Shown here piece after piece: positions 44,697 through 55,011 of a stretch of 64,000 nt of DNA. The notes below the pieces were generated by a model, which made no database searches, had not been told where the DNA came from, and worked only from the letters and a program-made list of their open reading frames with translations. Every line of letters starts with the position of its first letter. The stretch's first letter is position 1. The stretch covers positions 978-64,977 of the forward strand of contig JAFDKF010000003.1 of assembly GCA_019307135.1 (NCBI GenBank). The letters run 5' to 3'. The position numbers were made by a program, and so were the translations under genes. This DNA comes from Deltaproteobacteria bacterium (GTDB taxonomy: Bacteria; Desulfobacterota; Desulfobacteria; Desulfobacterales; C00003060).

Positions 44697-46517
44697 ATGA
44701 AAGAGGAAAACAAGACAAAAAAACAGCTTATTGAGGAATTGGTGCAAGCTAGAGAAAGAATAGAGGAATATGCGCGTATGCTTGATGCGATACCCGATGT
44801 GGTTTACAAAATAGACCCTGATGGGCATTTTCTCTATGTAAATCGGTCTGTTAGAAACCTGGGCTATGAACCTGAAGAATTGATAGGGAAACATTTTAGC
44901 ACCATAATTCATCCGGATGATGTAGCTTCTGTGAGCCGTAAGACCGTTTTAGAGAAATATAAGGGAGGGGTAACGGGAGATAAGAATTCACCAAGGCTTT
45001 TTGATGAAAGAAGAACTGGAAGTAGAGTAACAAAAAACCTCGCAGTTCGTCTGCTAGCAAAAAACTGGGATAGACAGCAAGATTCTCGGATCGGCACAGA
45101 TTCAAAAGAAATGTATGCAGAAGTGATGGCAAGCGGACAATTCGATACTGAGGTAGCCAGAAAAGAAAAAACCTTTCTTGGAACTGTAGGAACGATCCGA
45201 GATATGGAAAGCCCGCAGCAAGCTCATCAGATGACGTCTTCTGAATACGCTGAAATAACCTATGTGGAAATATGTTCATCTGGCCAATATGACGTTGACT
45301 CAGGCAGGGCTGATAAAAAGCATCGGGGAACAGTGGGAATAATAAGAGATATCACGGAACGCAAGCGTTTGGAAGAACAGAGAGAAAGACTGCACCACGC
45401 GCAGAAAATGGAATCTATCGGGCAACTTGCGGGCGGAATTGCCCATGACTTCAACAATCTGCTGATGGGAGTCCAGGGAAATGTAGCGTTGATGCTACTG
45501 AAAAAGGATTTACCGCATGCCCATTGCGAACGGCTAGAGAATATCGAAAGGCAGGTTGAAAGCGGAGCCAAACTCACTTCCCACCTTCTCGGCTATGCCA
45601 GGAAAGGTAAATATGAGGTCAAACCGATCGATCTGAATCAGTTAGTGGAGGAGGTCTCTGATACCTTTGGCAGGACTAGAAAAGAGATTACGATTCACCG
45701 AGAGCTGGCCGATGACTTGTATGGGGTAGAGGCAGACCCCACCCAGATAGAACAGGTCCTTTTGAATCTCTTTGTAAATGCTGCGGACGCCATGCCTGGC
45801 GGTGGGGATTTTATGCTGAAGACCATGAATACGAGCTACAAGGATACGAAGGGGAAGGTGTATCGTCCGAAGGTAGGCAACTATGTGCTGTTAACAGTGA
45901 CCGACACAGGGATGGGCATGGATAAAAGGACCATGGAAAAAATCTTTGATCCCTTCTTTACCACAAAAGAGATGGGGCGGGGCACTGGTCTTGGGTTGGC
46001 TTCAGTTTACGGGATCATAAAGGGCCACGACGGATATATCGATGTGGACTCCACCGAAGGGCACGGGGCCACCTTTAGCATTTATCTGCCTGCGTCAGAG
46101 AAAAAGGTCCAGAAAGCAGCCAGAACTGCTGATCAGTTTGCGAAGGGGACCGGAACGGTCCTCCTTGTAGACGATGAGGAGACAGTCCTGGAAGTGAGTA
46201 AGGGTTTGCTGGAGGCTATGGGCTACCAGGTACTCATAGGTAAAGACGGAAAAGAGGCCATCGAGGTTTATGAGAAAAGTTGGGATAACATAGACGCCGT
46301 TCTTTTAGACATGGTTATGCCCAACGTCGGTGGCGGTGAAGCCTATGACCGGATGAGGCAAATCAACCCGCATGTGAAGGTCCTGCTTTCAAGTGGTTTC
46401 AGCATTGATGGAGAAGCCAGCGCCATATTGGACCGTGGCTGCAATGGCTTTATTCAGAAACCATTTAATGCGAAGGAGCTTTCTGAGAAAATCAAAAAGA
46501 TTCTGGAGAAGGAGTAA
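44697..46517 (+). CDS. Hybrid sensor histidine kinase (PAS - HisKA - HATPase_c - REC)
   Basis: H-box [13 protein letters not shown] and G boxes [18 protein letters not shown] and GTGLGLA, and C-terminal VLLVDDEE...LDMVMP. The start is at MKEENK (44697). Confidence 0.85.
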   Translation: MKEENKTKKQLIEELVQARERIEEYARMLDAIPDVVYKIDPDGHFLYVNRSVRNLGYEPEELIGKHFSTIIHPDDVASVSRKTVLEKYKGGVTGDKNSPRLFDERRTGSRVTKNLAVRLLAKNWDRQQDSRIGTDSKEMYAEVMASGQFDTEVARKEKTFLGTVGTIRDMESPQQAHQMTSSEYAEITYVEICSSGQYDVDSGRADKKHRGTVGIIRDITERKRLEEQRERLHHAQKMESIGQLAGGIAHDFNNLLMGVQGNVALMLLKKDLPHAHCERLENIERQVESGAKLTSHLLGYARKGKYEVKPIDLNQLVEEVSDTFGRTRKEITIHRELADDLYGVEADPTQIEQVLLNLFVNAADAMPGGGDFMLKTMNTSYKDTKGKVYRPKVGNYVLLTVTDTGMGMDKRTMEKIFDPFFTTKEMGRGTGLGLASVYGIIKGHDGYIDVDSTEGHGATFSIYLPASEKKVQKAARTADQFAKGTGTVLLVDDEETVLEVSKGLLEAMGYQVLIGKDGKEAIEVYEKSWDNIDAVLLDMVMPNVGGGEAYDRMRQINPHVKVLLSSGFSIDGEASAILDRGCNGFIQKPFNAKELSEKIKKILEKE

Positions 46518-46968
46518 CATTTGTCAGAAGCCCCCCTTTTTGGACCCATTGGAACAAAACAACCCCAGTAAACAGGCTGTCTTGGAGCAGATAGTGCAAG
46601 GAAGCTGCAATTTCTGTCTCTCTGTATAGACCACTACATATAGGGTTCTGTCTGTTAACGCACGTGTAACCGTCGGGATACATACACTAATTTCGATTTC
46701 CCAGATTTCAGACAGACCAACTTACCTTACCCCGTGATGTTTTCATTGACACGTAAGGACGGACGGAATATTATTAATTTATTGGTCCAACTATCGCCTT
46801 CCCCTTCATCCCTTATCATGTGAAGGACCCGGATCGAGTGCGGAAATCAGGATCCCTATTTTGGAACCTGCTTCAATCCCGTCTTTTGTCTAGAGATGCG
46901 ATTCTGCAGCTTTTTCCAGAATAACACCTGAGAGCTGTACGAAAGAAGAAAAAATGAGGATAATCGCC

Positions 46969-47169
46969 ATGGCAGAAGGAATCGTGAAGTGGTTCAGTGA
47001 CCAAAAGGGATTCGGTTTCATTGAGCGGGATGGGGACACGGACGTGTTTGTCCATCACTCCGCCATTAGCGGGTCTGGATTCAAGACACTTGCTGAGGGC
47101 GACCAGGTGACTTTTGACGTAGAACAGGGCACCAAAGGTCCTTCAGCAACAAACGTCGTCAAACTCTAG
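46969..47169 (+). CDS. cspA: Cold-shock protein (CspA family)
   Basis: [33 protein letters not shown] (RNP1/RNP2). GAGGA lies upstream of the ATG at 46969. Confidence 0.9.
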   Translation: MAEGIVKWFSDQKGFGFIERDGDTDVFVHHSAISGSGFKTLAEGDQVTFDVEQGTKGPSATNVVKL

Positions 47170-47191
47170 TCCAGGACTGTTCGATCATCAT

Positions 47192-47230
47192 GGGCATCTC
47201 GTCGAGCCGAGGTGAGATGCCCTTTAGTTT
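47192..47230 (+). terminator. Putative intrinsic terminator after csp
   Basis: A 9-bp stem gggcatctc/gagatgccc (47192-47200 / 47214-47222) is followed by TTTAGTTT. Confidence 0.55.
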
Positions 47231-47249
47231 GCTAGAAGGAGGAACTTCG

Positions 47250-48099
47250 ATGCCGCAAAGAGGCAAGAGAGCATTTTGGGCACCAATAATGGCTTTAGCT
47301 CTGGCATCAGTCGTCTCACTGTCAGTAGCAGGAGAAAAGAACCTTTAAAAGACTTATCGAGCGTGAGTTGCTCTATCAGGAAAGCCAAAAGAAGAGAATA
47401 AAGGTTGACGAGACGGCAGTGAAGGAACAATTGGAGACACTGAAAAAGCGATTTCCCAGTGAGGCCGAATTCAAAAATGCGTTGAGTGAGAGGAATCTGT
47501 CTGAAGCCGACGTGAAATCGCAATTCATGCGCGGGATGGCCATTCAAAAACTCATCGATAAGGAATTTGTTCAGAAAATTACGGTTTCCGACAAGGAAGT
47601 TAAAGCCTACTATGATAGTAACCCGGATCTTTTCAAACAACCCGAGCAGGTCCAGGCCAGCCACATTTTGGTGAAAGTTGATCCCAGAGGGGACGCATCG
47701 CAGAAAGCTGAAGCACGCAAGAAAATTGGAAAGATACAGCAGAAGCTGCACAAAGGTGAAGATTTTACTGCTCTTGCCAAGGAGTTTTCCCAATGCCCCA
47801 GCAGTGCCAAAGGTGGAGACCTGGGCTACTTTGATTGGGGCCAAATGGTGAAGCCTTTTGAAGATGCAGCTTTTGCTTTGAAACCTGGTGAAGTGAGCGA
47901 CATCGTGGAGACCAAATTCGGATACCACCTGATTAAAGTCGTGGCCAAAAAAGCTAAAAGTACGATCGCTTACAAGGACGTGAAAGATAGGCTCGGGCAA
48001 TATCTAAAGCAGGAGAAAGTAAAGAAAGAAGTCAGTCTGTATGTTGAAAAACTGAAACAAAAAGCAAAAATAGAGAGATTTCTTGCAGAAGAGAAGTAG
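47250..48099 (+). pseudogene. PpiC-type peptidyl-prolyl isomerase (PrsA/SurA-like) with a frameshift after the signal peptide
   Basis: An AGGAGG RBS and the signal peptide MPQRGKRAFWAPIMALALASVVSLSVAG end at TAA 47346-47348. The parvulin body (..ASHILVKV...FSQCPSSAKGGDLGYF..FGYHLIKV) is in another frame, open from 47329. It is either a real frameshift or an assembly error in the A-run GAAAAGA. Confidence 0.55.
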
Positions 48100-48517
48100 T
48101 AATCGAACTTTTATCCAGTACGGGTTTGAATTCGCTGGTGGTCTTTTCTTGACAGATCTGTTGGCTTCACCTTCAGAAGCAGAAAGGGGGAAATAATGGC
48201 CCAGGCAGAAAATGGTAACATTGTTAAAGGCGCACTACATGAGTCCGGGCGAATCGAAATCCACGACAATCCCACCAGAAGTGGTGGGCGGCGTTCCTGG
48301 TAAGCGCCACTTGGACATAGACGTAATAGAGTCATACTAGAACTTCGTCCAGCAGACTAACATCCGGGGTTCAGGATCTTTTACTCAAATCCCACGTATG
48401 GAAAGAAAGAGGAGATAAATTTGAGGGAGTTTAGTAGCCCATCTGCTGGCTGAGGTCCACCCCAAATAATGGGAGTTAAGAGATGTCGAAAAAGACAAAA
48501 CCTATAGATTTACCCCA

Positions 48518-50110
48518 TTATGAAGCGCCCCTGGATTTCAGATATTCTTTTGCTTTGTTGTAGCCCATTTTGGCAGATTTCCTGAAATCTGGCAGGGCCC
48601 GCTCAAAGGTGCTAAGTTTCTGACATGCATACCCGCGAGCATAGTAAGCCACTGCATCCTGAGCATTGAGTTCAATGGCCTTGTTGAGATCGGCCACAGC
48701 CTTCTCGTAATTGCCGAGGCCTATGTAGTCTATCCCTCGATTTATATAGGCATCGGCATTTTTGGGATTCAACTCTATAGCCTTGGTCCCGTCTTCTATG
48801 GCCTCCTTGTTTTTCCCAAGCGCCCCATAGACAATCGCTCGATTGTAATAAGCCTTGCCATTCTTTGGCTCCAATTCAATAGCCTTGCTGAAATCATCTA
48901 TGGCCTCATGATAGTTGCCCAGTCCGTAATGAGCGACGGCACGGTTATAGTAGGCCGTCGCATTTTGAGGATTGATTTCAATTGCCACAGTATAAGGCCC
49001 CAGCGCATCGTTGAGCTTTGCCGGTTCTTCGGGGACACCCAGTTTTTCCAAGGCTTTTGCTGCCGCCTTAGCCACAACTTTAACCTGCGCAGTCTTTCCA
49101 TCCTGAAATGTCGTTACAGTCTCCTGGTCTTTCAAAGCCCTTTTAAGCGCCTCCACAGCGTGCGTGTCGCCCAACTTGGCCAGCGCCCTGGCAGCCTCTA
49201 TGTCCGCGCCAGCAGGCGGGAGGGTCCGGGCCGTGTTAGCGGCGGGTCTATGAGGCTTAAGCTCTCCAATGGTAACCGTAGCCGGGGAACCGTCTGTTAG
49301 CTTGGCTTTTAACGCGCCAACAGACATGAATAGCATTGAACCAATAAAGACAAACAGGACCACGGTAGCAAACACTGGCACAGCACTGACAGCCACAATT
49401 CCCGTCTTTGCCCTTTGTGTAGGCTCAAAAGCCATGTCGGCCCTGATAGACCTGAGTTCCTGATAGATGAGAAAGGAGCAAACAAAGCTAAATGGTATGA
49501 ACAAGAAAGCCAGCAGTTGTCCTATAACTGGGATGCAGGAAATAACAACAGAAATAAACCAAATGGCTATCAGTCTCCAGCATACACCCAACCATTTTCC
49601 CCGAACGTACTCTTTGCTCTTCAACAGCGCCTCCATCCCGCGGACATCTTCATTAATCAATATTAATGGGGCGAAAAAAAACCAGACCGTGAGAACAACC
49701 CCCGGAACGATCAGAAGCATGTAACCACCGGCTATGACCAGACCCATCAACATGGTAAGCCATATATGTGCCAGAGTTACGGGTTTGGCACAGCGCAAGG
49801 CCTCTTTGATCCCGCAGTTGTTGTCCGCAATAGCTGTAAAAAGTGCCGTTAGGGCCCAGTTTGCACACCAGATGGTAGCCGCTGAAGCCGGGAATATACC
49901 TGCCAGGAGAATCACATGCCTGAAATCCGGCAGGAACAGGAAAAGGAGCGCTCCCGCCCCAATAAGGGCTGCCAATACCAGCATGGGCAGGAACACCATC
50001 ACAAGGGTTAAAACAATCAAAGTCCACATACGGGGCTTGTAAATCTCCAAGGCCTTCCTTAACAGATCGCCTATTCCGGAAAGTTCGGTTGGTGAAGTCT
50101 TCTGCATCAT
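48518..50110 (-). CDS. Multi-pass membrane protein with C-terminal TPR repeats
   Basis: 530 aa. The N-terminal half is hydrophobic with several TM segments. The C-terminal part has tandem AYYNRA..Y..LGNY.EAI.D..KAIEL.P TPR units. Confidence 0.7.
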   Translation of the reverse strand: MMQKTSPTELSGIGDLLRKALEIYKPRMWTLIVLTLVMVFLPMLVLAALIGAGALLFLFLPDFRHVILLAGIFPASAATIWCANWALTALFTAIADNNCGIKEALRCAKPVTLAHIWLTMLMGLVIAGGYMLLIVPGVVLTVWFFFAPLILINEDVRGMEALLKSKEYVRGKWLGVCWRLIAIWFISVVISCIPVIGQLLAFLFIPFSFVCSFLIYQELRSIRADMAFEPTQRAKTGIVAVSAVPVFATVVLFVFIGSMLFMSVGALKAKLTDGSPATVTIGELKPHRPAANTARTLPPAGADIEAARALAKLGDTHAVEALKRALKDQETVTTFQDGKTAQVKVVAKAAAKALEKLGVPEEPAKLNDALGPYTVAIEINPQNATAYYNRAVAHYGLGNYHEAIDDFSKAIELEPKNGKAYYNRAIVYGALGKNKEAIEDGTKAIELNPKNADAYINRGIDYIGLGNYEKAVADLNKAIELNAQDAVAYYARGYACQKLSTFERALPDFRKSAKMGYNKAKEYLKSRGAS

Positions 50111-50223
50111 TTGACCTCCTCCGTGTAATCTCTTGCTTATTACATACCTTTTCGATACTTGGGACCAGAAACTTTAGAAGATTATTCTTGAATGTTGGTG
50201 GGGGTGCTGCCGGCTGGAACATA

Positions 50224-50490
50224 GGTTGAGCGGTTCAACGTTCACGGTTCCCGGTTGAAGAGTCCTAACTGGCTGTTAGCAAAAGGATGACGCGTCAATA
50301 AAGAAAGTTCACCGTTCAAAGTTCATAGGTTCAAAGGTTGTCAACCCTGAACCCTGAACCCTGAACCCTGAACCCTGAACCCTGAACCGTGAACCCTGAA
50401 CCCTTGTAAAGTAGATTATAACCTTTGAACCTTTGAACCTTGAACCTTGAACCTTGAACCTTGAACCCTGAACCTGGAACCGATCACTTT
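50224..50490. repeat. Inverted-repeat arm L (expanded by GAACCCT / GAACCTT heptamer arrays)
   Basis: 50224-50362 and 50468-50490 together equal the reverse complement of 54525-54677, with 3 mismatches seen. In between lie (gaaccct)n and (gaacctt)n tandem heptamers. Confidence 0.85.
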
Positions 50491-50499
50491 GGGAATTGG

Positions 50500-51708
50500 T
50501 CAGATTGGACAGAGCCATTCCTTCGTCAGTGCCGCAAGCCTTCTCTCTGTGATGGCAGCGCGGATCCGGCGCATCAATGATTCCACAAAGTACAAATTGT
50601 GAATGGTCGCCAGGCGTATCCCCGAAAGTTCTTTGGCCACAAATAGATGTCTAAGATAAGCCCTGGAGTAATTGCAACAGGTATGGCAATTACACCCTTC
50701 GTCAATCGGGCGAGGATCATCCTTGAATTGCGCGTTAAGGATATGTATCCTGAACCGCTCCGCCTTTTTGGCAAAGAGAGTCCCGGTGCGGGCCATCCGC
50801 ATCGGTGCAGCGCAGTCGAACAGATCAACCCCTCGCTTTACCACCTCAAAGATGTCCCCTATTTCACCGATTCCCAGAAGATGCCGTGGCTTGTCTTGTG
50901 GCAGAAGCGGGATCGTCCATTCCAGGACCTGGTGCATCTCCTCCTTAGACTTGCCGAGAGAGCCCCCGATGGCATGGCCGTCAAAGCCCTGGTCTGCAAT
51001 GAATGCAGCACTCTGTTGCCTTAAATCCCGGTACGCCCCGCCCTGAACGATTCCCAGGAGCGCTTGACTGTTGTCAGAAGTGCGCTGGAATTTCGCTAAT
51101 GCACGGACGGCCCAGCGGTGTGTCCGCTCCATTGCCGCTCTGGTGTAATGGTAATCGTGGAGTGGCGAGGTGCACTCGTCCAAGACCAGGATGATATCTG
51201 CACCGAGTTTGCGCTCTATCTCCATGACGCGCTCAGGCGTGAACCGATGTGGCGAGCCGTCCAGATGTGAGATGAATTCGACCCCATCCTCATCCACCTT
51301 TACTAACGGCTTTCCTTTTCTCGAGCTAAAATGCCCTCCGCGGTCTTGCTCCTCGGGGAAAATCGGTGCGATCTTCCCCACCCCATGTTCTTTGCCTGCA
51401 CCGAGGCTAAAAATCTGAAAGCCGCCAGAGTCGGTCATCAACGGTCCTTCCCAACCCATGAATCGATGCAGCCCGCCCATCCTCTCTATTAGATCTTCGC
51501 CGGGCTGGAGGTGGAGATGGTAGGCATTGGCGATAATGACCTGGTTTCCGATCTTGCGAAGATCCTCCATTGATACAGCCTTCACCGTTGCTTGTGTGCC
51601 GACAGCAACGAATGCGGGCGTTTCGATAACACCATGAGGGGTGACCAGCTTTCCGGCCCGCGCCTCCCCTTCCTTTGCCAAGACTTCGAATGAAATCATC
51701 GTGTCCAA
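50500..51708 (-). CDS. tgt: Queuine tRNA-ribosyltransferase
   Basis: 402 aa with TPAFVAVGT, LMTDSGGFQ, LLGIGE and the zinc site CNCHTCCNYSRAYLRHL. The start may be the second ATG. Confidence 0.9.
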   Translation of the reverse strand: MDTMISFEVLAKEGEARAGKLVTPHGVIETPAFVAVGTQATVKAVSMEDLRKIGNQVIIANAYHLHLQPGEDLIERMGGLHRFMGWEGPLMTDSGGFQIFSLGAGKEHGVGKIAPIFPEEQDRGGHFSSRKGKPLVKVDEDGVEFISHLDGSPHRFTPERVMEIERKLGADIILVLDECTSPLHDYHYTRAAMERTHRWAVRALAKFQRTSDNSQALLGIVQGGAYRDLRQQSAAFIADQGFDGHAIGGSLGKSKEEMHQVLEWTIPLLPQDKPRHLLGIGEIGDIFEVVKRGVDLFDCAAPMRMARTGTLFAKKAERFRIHILNAQFKDDPRPIDEGCNCHTCCNYSRAYLRHLFVAKELSGIRLATIHNLYFVESLMRRIRAAITERRLAALTKEWLCPI

Positions 51709-51851
51709 TCACATGTATGATATTTTCTCGCCCGCTCCCTTGGGTCGCTCGAGCCCGCAAAGATCGCAGAGATTATTTCTTTGGCCTGATTCTCAGTGCC
51801 TCTGTGCACTCTGTGAGAGATAAAAATACCAACGTGATCAATTACAAAACT

Positions 51852-52814
51852 TTAGTAAAAAATGGTCAACGTCCGGTGATATGGCTTTACCTTGAACTCT
51901 GCATGCTGGCCCAGATTCCACAACATCCAATCGATCTCGAAGGCTCTCAATCCCTTTCCCATCCGCTCCAATTCCTGCCGGATCAGCTCAACCGCCCAGA
52001 TGGTGTTTGCCCTGATCTCGACCTCCTCAAAACATCCCGCCTTAAGGTAGATTTCTTGATCCACCTTTTGCGCCAGGGCTTGTGCATAATCGAAGATTCC
52101 CAGATGACGTAGTACCTGGGGTAGCTTGTAATCGGCAAAGGCCGTTAGCTTATCGATATCCGTAAAGCTTCCCCAGTCTTTACCATCGAATGCTCCATAG
52201 AGATCGGCAGCAAATATCTGCGCGCGCTTATAGAAAAAGACTTTGTGACCCTGGTATTCTGCAACGTCCCGAAACGATGCCAATTTTTCCACTAACAACC
52301 TGACCAGTCGTATTGCCGACCCCCCGGCACTTTCCACTAACTTCAGGGCCTGCCCTTCATACTCTTCAAGCAGGACCTGCCCCAGTTCGTTGAGTATCTG
52401 CAAACGATGTTCCAGGAGTGGCAATTCCTCTTCCCCACCTAAAATCTCTTTCAATTTACCTAAAGTGAGATCGGCCAGATAATCGGCCTTGATGACCGGA
52501 GCCCCTGACTTGATAGCCTGTTTAAGAGCGGCGGCCAGAGCATAATAGCCGGAAAGCTTTCTCGATTCGTATTCGATCTCCCACTTAACCTTTCCTGGTG
52601 CGGGCCAGAAGCAGAAGTTGAGGCTGTCCAGGACAAGAAGGTAAGAGACCGTGGCCTCGTCACTGCCACTAAAGTGGTAGAGGCGGTTCCAGCGCGGCAC
52701 TTGGATCTCATCTGCAAGCACTTTCCGTGAGAAACGGCCTAAGGCTTGCTTGTTAATCTGCACCTGGCGGCTCTTTTTTGCTACATTTTTTGCTGTCTCA
52801 AGTACTTCCCACAT
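51852..52814 (-). CDS. Queuosine-salvage family protein (DUF2419 / Qng1-like)
   Basis: 320 aa with LVLDSLNFCFWP and a C-terminal ...IDWMLWNLGQ. Its position next to tgt supports the call. Confidence 0.65.
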   Translation of the reverse strand: MWEVLETAKNVAKKSRQVQINKQALGRFSRKVLADEIQVPRWNRLYHFSGSDEATVSYLLVLDSLNFCFWPAPGKVKWEIEYESRKLSGYYALAAALKQAIKSGAPVIKADYLADLTLGKLKEILGGEEELPLLEHRLQILNELGQVLLEEYEGQALKLVESAGGSAIRLVRLLVEKLASFRDVAEYQGHKVFFYKRAQIFAADLYGAFDGKDWGSFTDIDKLTAFADYKLPQVLRHLGIFDYAQALAQKVDQEIYLKAGCFEEVEIRANTIWAVELIRQELERMGKGLRAFEIDWMLWNLGQHAEFKVKPYHRTLTIFY

Positions 52815-52862
52815 TCTTCGGGTGTATTACCTGTTTGGAACTTAGGGGCTTCGCCCTAATTG

Positions 52863-52976
52863 GTTGAGTAGTCGAGTCGTTGAGTAGTCGAGTCGTTAAC
52901 CACTTGACCATTTTCCCACTCGACCACTTGACTAAAGTCGCTGGAATTTCAACGAGTTGTAGAAATTCCGAGACGT
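52863..52976 (+). repeat. ~110-bp intergenic repeat, copy 2 (see 32647-32754)
   Basis: gttgagtagtcgagtcgttgagtagtcgagtcgttaaccacttgacc...ttgtagaaattccgagacgtt. Confidence 0.75.
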
Positions 52977-54203
52977 TCATTTTTCCCCAACCTGTTTCAG
53001 CACAAGAAAATAAAGCGTTCCCTGATGCTTCATGTGACCTGCTGCGGTCTCGGCATACAGGCCACTTCCCCAAAAGAGATCTGCCCGTCCTGGTCCTCGG
53101 ATTGCTCCACCAGTATCTTGATTGAGGACAAACCTGCCAAAGGTTTGCCAGGACTGGATTGTACCATCTTCGTCCACTAAAGGTTTCTCGGTTTGGATAA
53201 AGGCGAGTGCGCCCTTTGGGAAGAGGCGTAGGTCAGTAGCCACAGAACGGCCAGGGGTCAGAGGCACCTCAATGGCGCCCATGGGGCCCTGATCAACCAG
53301 CCTGAAAAAGACGTAGCTTTCGTTGTGATTGAAGACGCGCGTCATCTCCTCGGGATGATTTCTCAGGTAGGCACGTATCTGCTGCATGGACATTTCCTTT
53401 TCAGAAATACTCCCTTCATCGATGAGCAATCTGCCGATACTCCGGTAGGGCCGTCCGTTGCTGCAATCATAATTGACGTGCAACACAGTGTCATCATCCA
53501 ACAGCACCTGCCCGGAGCCCTGGATGTGGAGGAAGAAAAGGTCGATGCGATCAGAGACCCAGAGGAGTTCACATCCTTTCTGCCGAAGATGCCCCCTGGA
53601 GTCTATATCTTCCCGTGAAAAACAGGGTATTACAGTTTGATTGACATATCTGCCGATGATGCGTTCACCTGCATATTTGGGATTAAACAGGCCCAGATTA
53701 ACACTCACCCAATCGCGAGGCTTTCTGTAGACAGGACATGGATAATCCGGCGAGGGGTAAAGGCTTCCTTGAAGAACTGGTTCGTAGTATCCGGTAAACA
53801 AGACCTTGCCGCGGCCATCACTTCCAAGAGACCTGTACACCCAAAATGAGGTCTCAATAGCTTTTCTGAGCTTGTCAGCAGATGGGGTTTGTTTTATTAA
53901 TTCGTGAAAGGCTTTCATTGATTTGGTGAGGTGGGAGGCGGTGAACGTGTCCGGCCCAAAACAAAAGGACGTTGAGGCATCGAGACGCTTCAGATAGTCA
54001 AGACTCTGATCGATAGCAGTCTTCAGAGAGCCATATGACATATCGTCCGAGAAGTCAGGAAACTGGTGGGGCTGAAGCTTCACCAGGGCCTGTGGGGCTG
54101 TAACCGGCGGCTTGACCTCTGGGACGCATGCTGCAAGAAGCAGCAGAAGACCCAGGAGAACCGGATACCGAGTGTGACGCACATCAAATCGTTTAAACGG
54201 CAT
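52977..54203 (-). CDS. mltA: Murein transglycosylase A (lipoprotein)
   Basis: The start at MPFKRF... has the lipobox LLLAAC. It has the MltA motifs DLFFLHIQGSGQV and NGRPYRSIGRLLIDEG plus a C-terminal 3D-domain-like GGAIRGPGRADLFWG. Confidence 0.8.
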   Translation of the reverse strand: MPFKRFDVRHTRYPVLLGLLLLLAACVPEVKPPVTAPQALVKLQPHQFPDFSDDMSYGSLKTAIDQSLDYLKRLDASTSFCFGPDTFTASHLTKSMKAFHELIKQTPSADKLRKAIETSFWVYRSLGSDGRGKVLFTGYYEPVLQGSLYPSPDYPCPVYRKPRDWVSVNLGLFNPKYAGERIIGRYVNQTVIPCFSREDIDSRGHLRQKGCELLWVSDRIDLFFLHIQGSGQVLLDDDTVLHVNYDCSNGRPYRSIGRLLIDEGSISEKEMSMQQIRAYLRNHPEEMTRVFNHNESYVFFRLVDQGPMGAIEVPLTPGRSVATDLRLFPKGALAFIQTEKPLVDEDGTIQSWQTFGRFVLNQDTGGAIRGPGRADLFWGSGLYAETAAGHMKHQGTLYFLVLKQVGEK

Positions 54204-54498
54204 CGCTATCAGCCATCTTTTGGGTTTTTGTGCCACAGGCCGGGCATTGGTGTGGCTTCTTTGTACTAAGGTCTGCTGTGCAAGCCCAAACAATAAGCCA
54301 CAAACCCATAGTAAGAACTGACAACAGCAGATTTACCGTGGAGCTTGTCTTAGGTCTTGCAGCAAGGACGTACTTCTTACATTCCGGACACCACTGTCTT
54401 TCCTGTGCTTCACCCGGTTTCCTCTTCAGAGCATAGAGACAAGCGAGGAGAAAAATGAGGAAAAAAACTGCCAACACTGTTCCTGCACCACCCCTCAT
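54193..54498 (-). CDS. Small membrane protein with a split zinc-ribbon (CPEC...CPAC)
   Basis: 101 aa with two TM segments and the CxxC pairs WCPECKK / QCPACGT. It overlaps the mltA start by 11 nt. Confidence 0.5.
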   Translation of the reverse strand: MRGGAGTVLAVFFLIFLLACLYALKRKPGEAQERQWCPECKKYVLAARPKTSSTVNLLLSVLTMGLWLIVWACTADLSTKKPHQCPACGTKTQKMADSDAV

Positions 54499-54524
54499 AT
54501 GTTAGTCGCTCCTGTCTTCTGCCT

Positions 54525-54677
54525 AAAGTGATCGGTTCCAGGTTCAGGGTTCAGGGTTGACAACCTTTGAACCTATGAACTTTGAACGGTGAACTTTCTT
54601 TATTGACGCGTCATCCTTTTGTTAACAGCCAATTAGGGCTCTTCAACCGGGAACCGTGAACGTTGAACCGCTCAACC
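54525..54677. repeat. Inverted-repeat arm R
   Basis: It is the reverse complement of arm L (50224-50490) without the heptamer expansion. Confidence 0.85.
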
Positions 54678-54688
54678 CAGGTTCTGGC

Positions 54689-54988
54689 TTATCGGGGTCT
54701 ACATGTAGGTTTGGTCGGGATATCCTCCGAGTCACTTGTGTTCTCCTCAAGCAGCATCTTCGCCAGTTCGATATCGTAGGCCTGGTTTGGGGGGAAGTTT
54801 TTGCCCTCATACATGCCAGCCGCTTGTTTGATCGCACCGTAGGGCACCCAGCCGTGTTTCTCCCAGAGCTCAGGGTCATCGGCATTCCAGAGTCTGAACC
54901 AGATGGTGCCATCGCCTTCACGCACATACATGTGGACGCGTTTGTTTTGGGGAAAAGGATAATAATACAACCCATTTTTGTCTTTCAT
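54689..54988 (-). CDS. Hypothetical protein
   Basis: About 99 aa from MKDKNGLYYYPFPQNKRVHMYV.... I recognise no family. Confidence 0.45.
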   Translation of the reverse strand: MKDKNGLYYYPFPQNKRVHMYVREGDGTIWFRLWNADDPELWEKHGWVPYGAIKQAAGMYEGKNFPPNQAYDIELAKMLLEENTSDSEDIPTKPTCRPR

Positions 54989-55011
54989 GGATCTCACCCC
55001 CTTTGTGTCCC

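Noticed and set aside
48196-48303. 35-codon ORF MAQAENGNIVKGALHESGRIEIHDN... with an upstream GGGGG, faintly like the start of an FKBP-type PPIase
   Set aside because: It is too short, and the similarity fades after about 12 residues. It could be a gene fragment, but I cannot support it.
50309-50518. ORF encoding QSDRFQVQGSRFKVQGSRFKGSK...
   Set aside because: It is purely a translation of the GAACC(C/T)T heptamer arrays inside the inverted-repeat arm.
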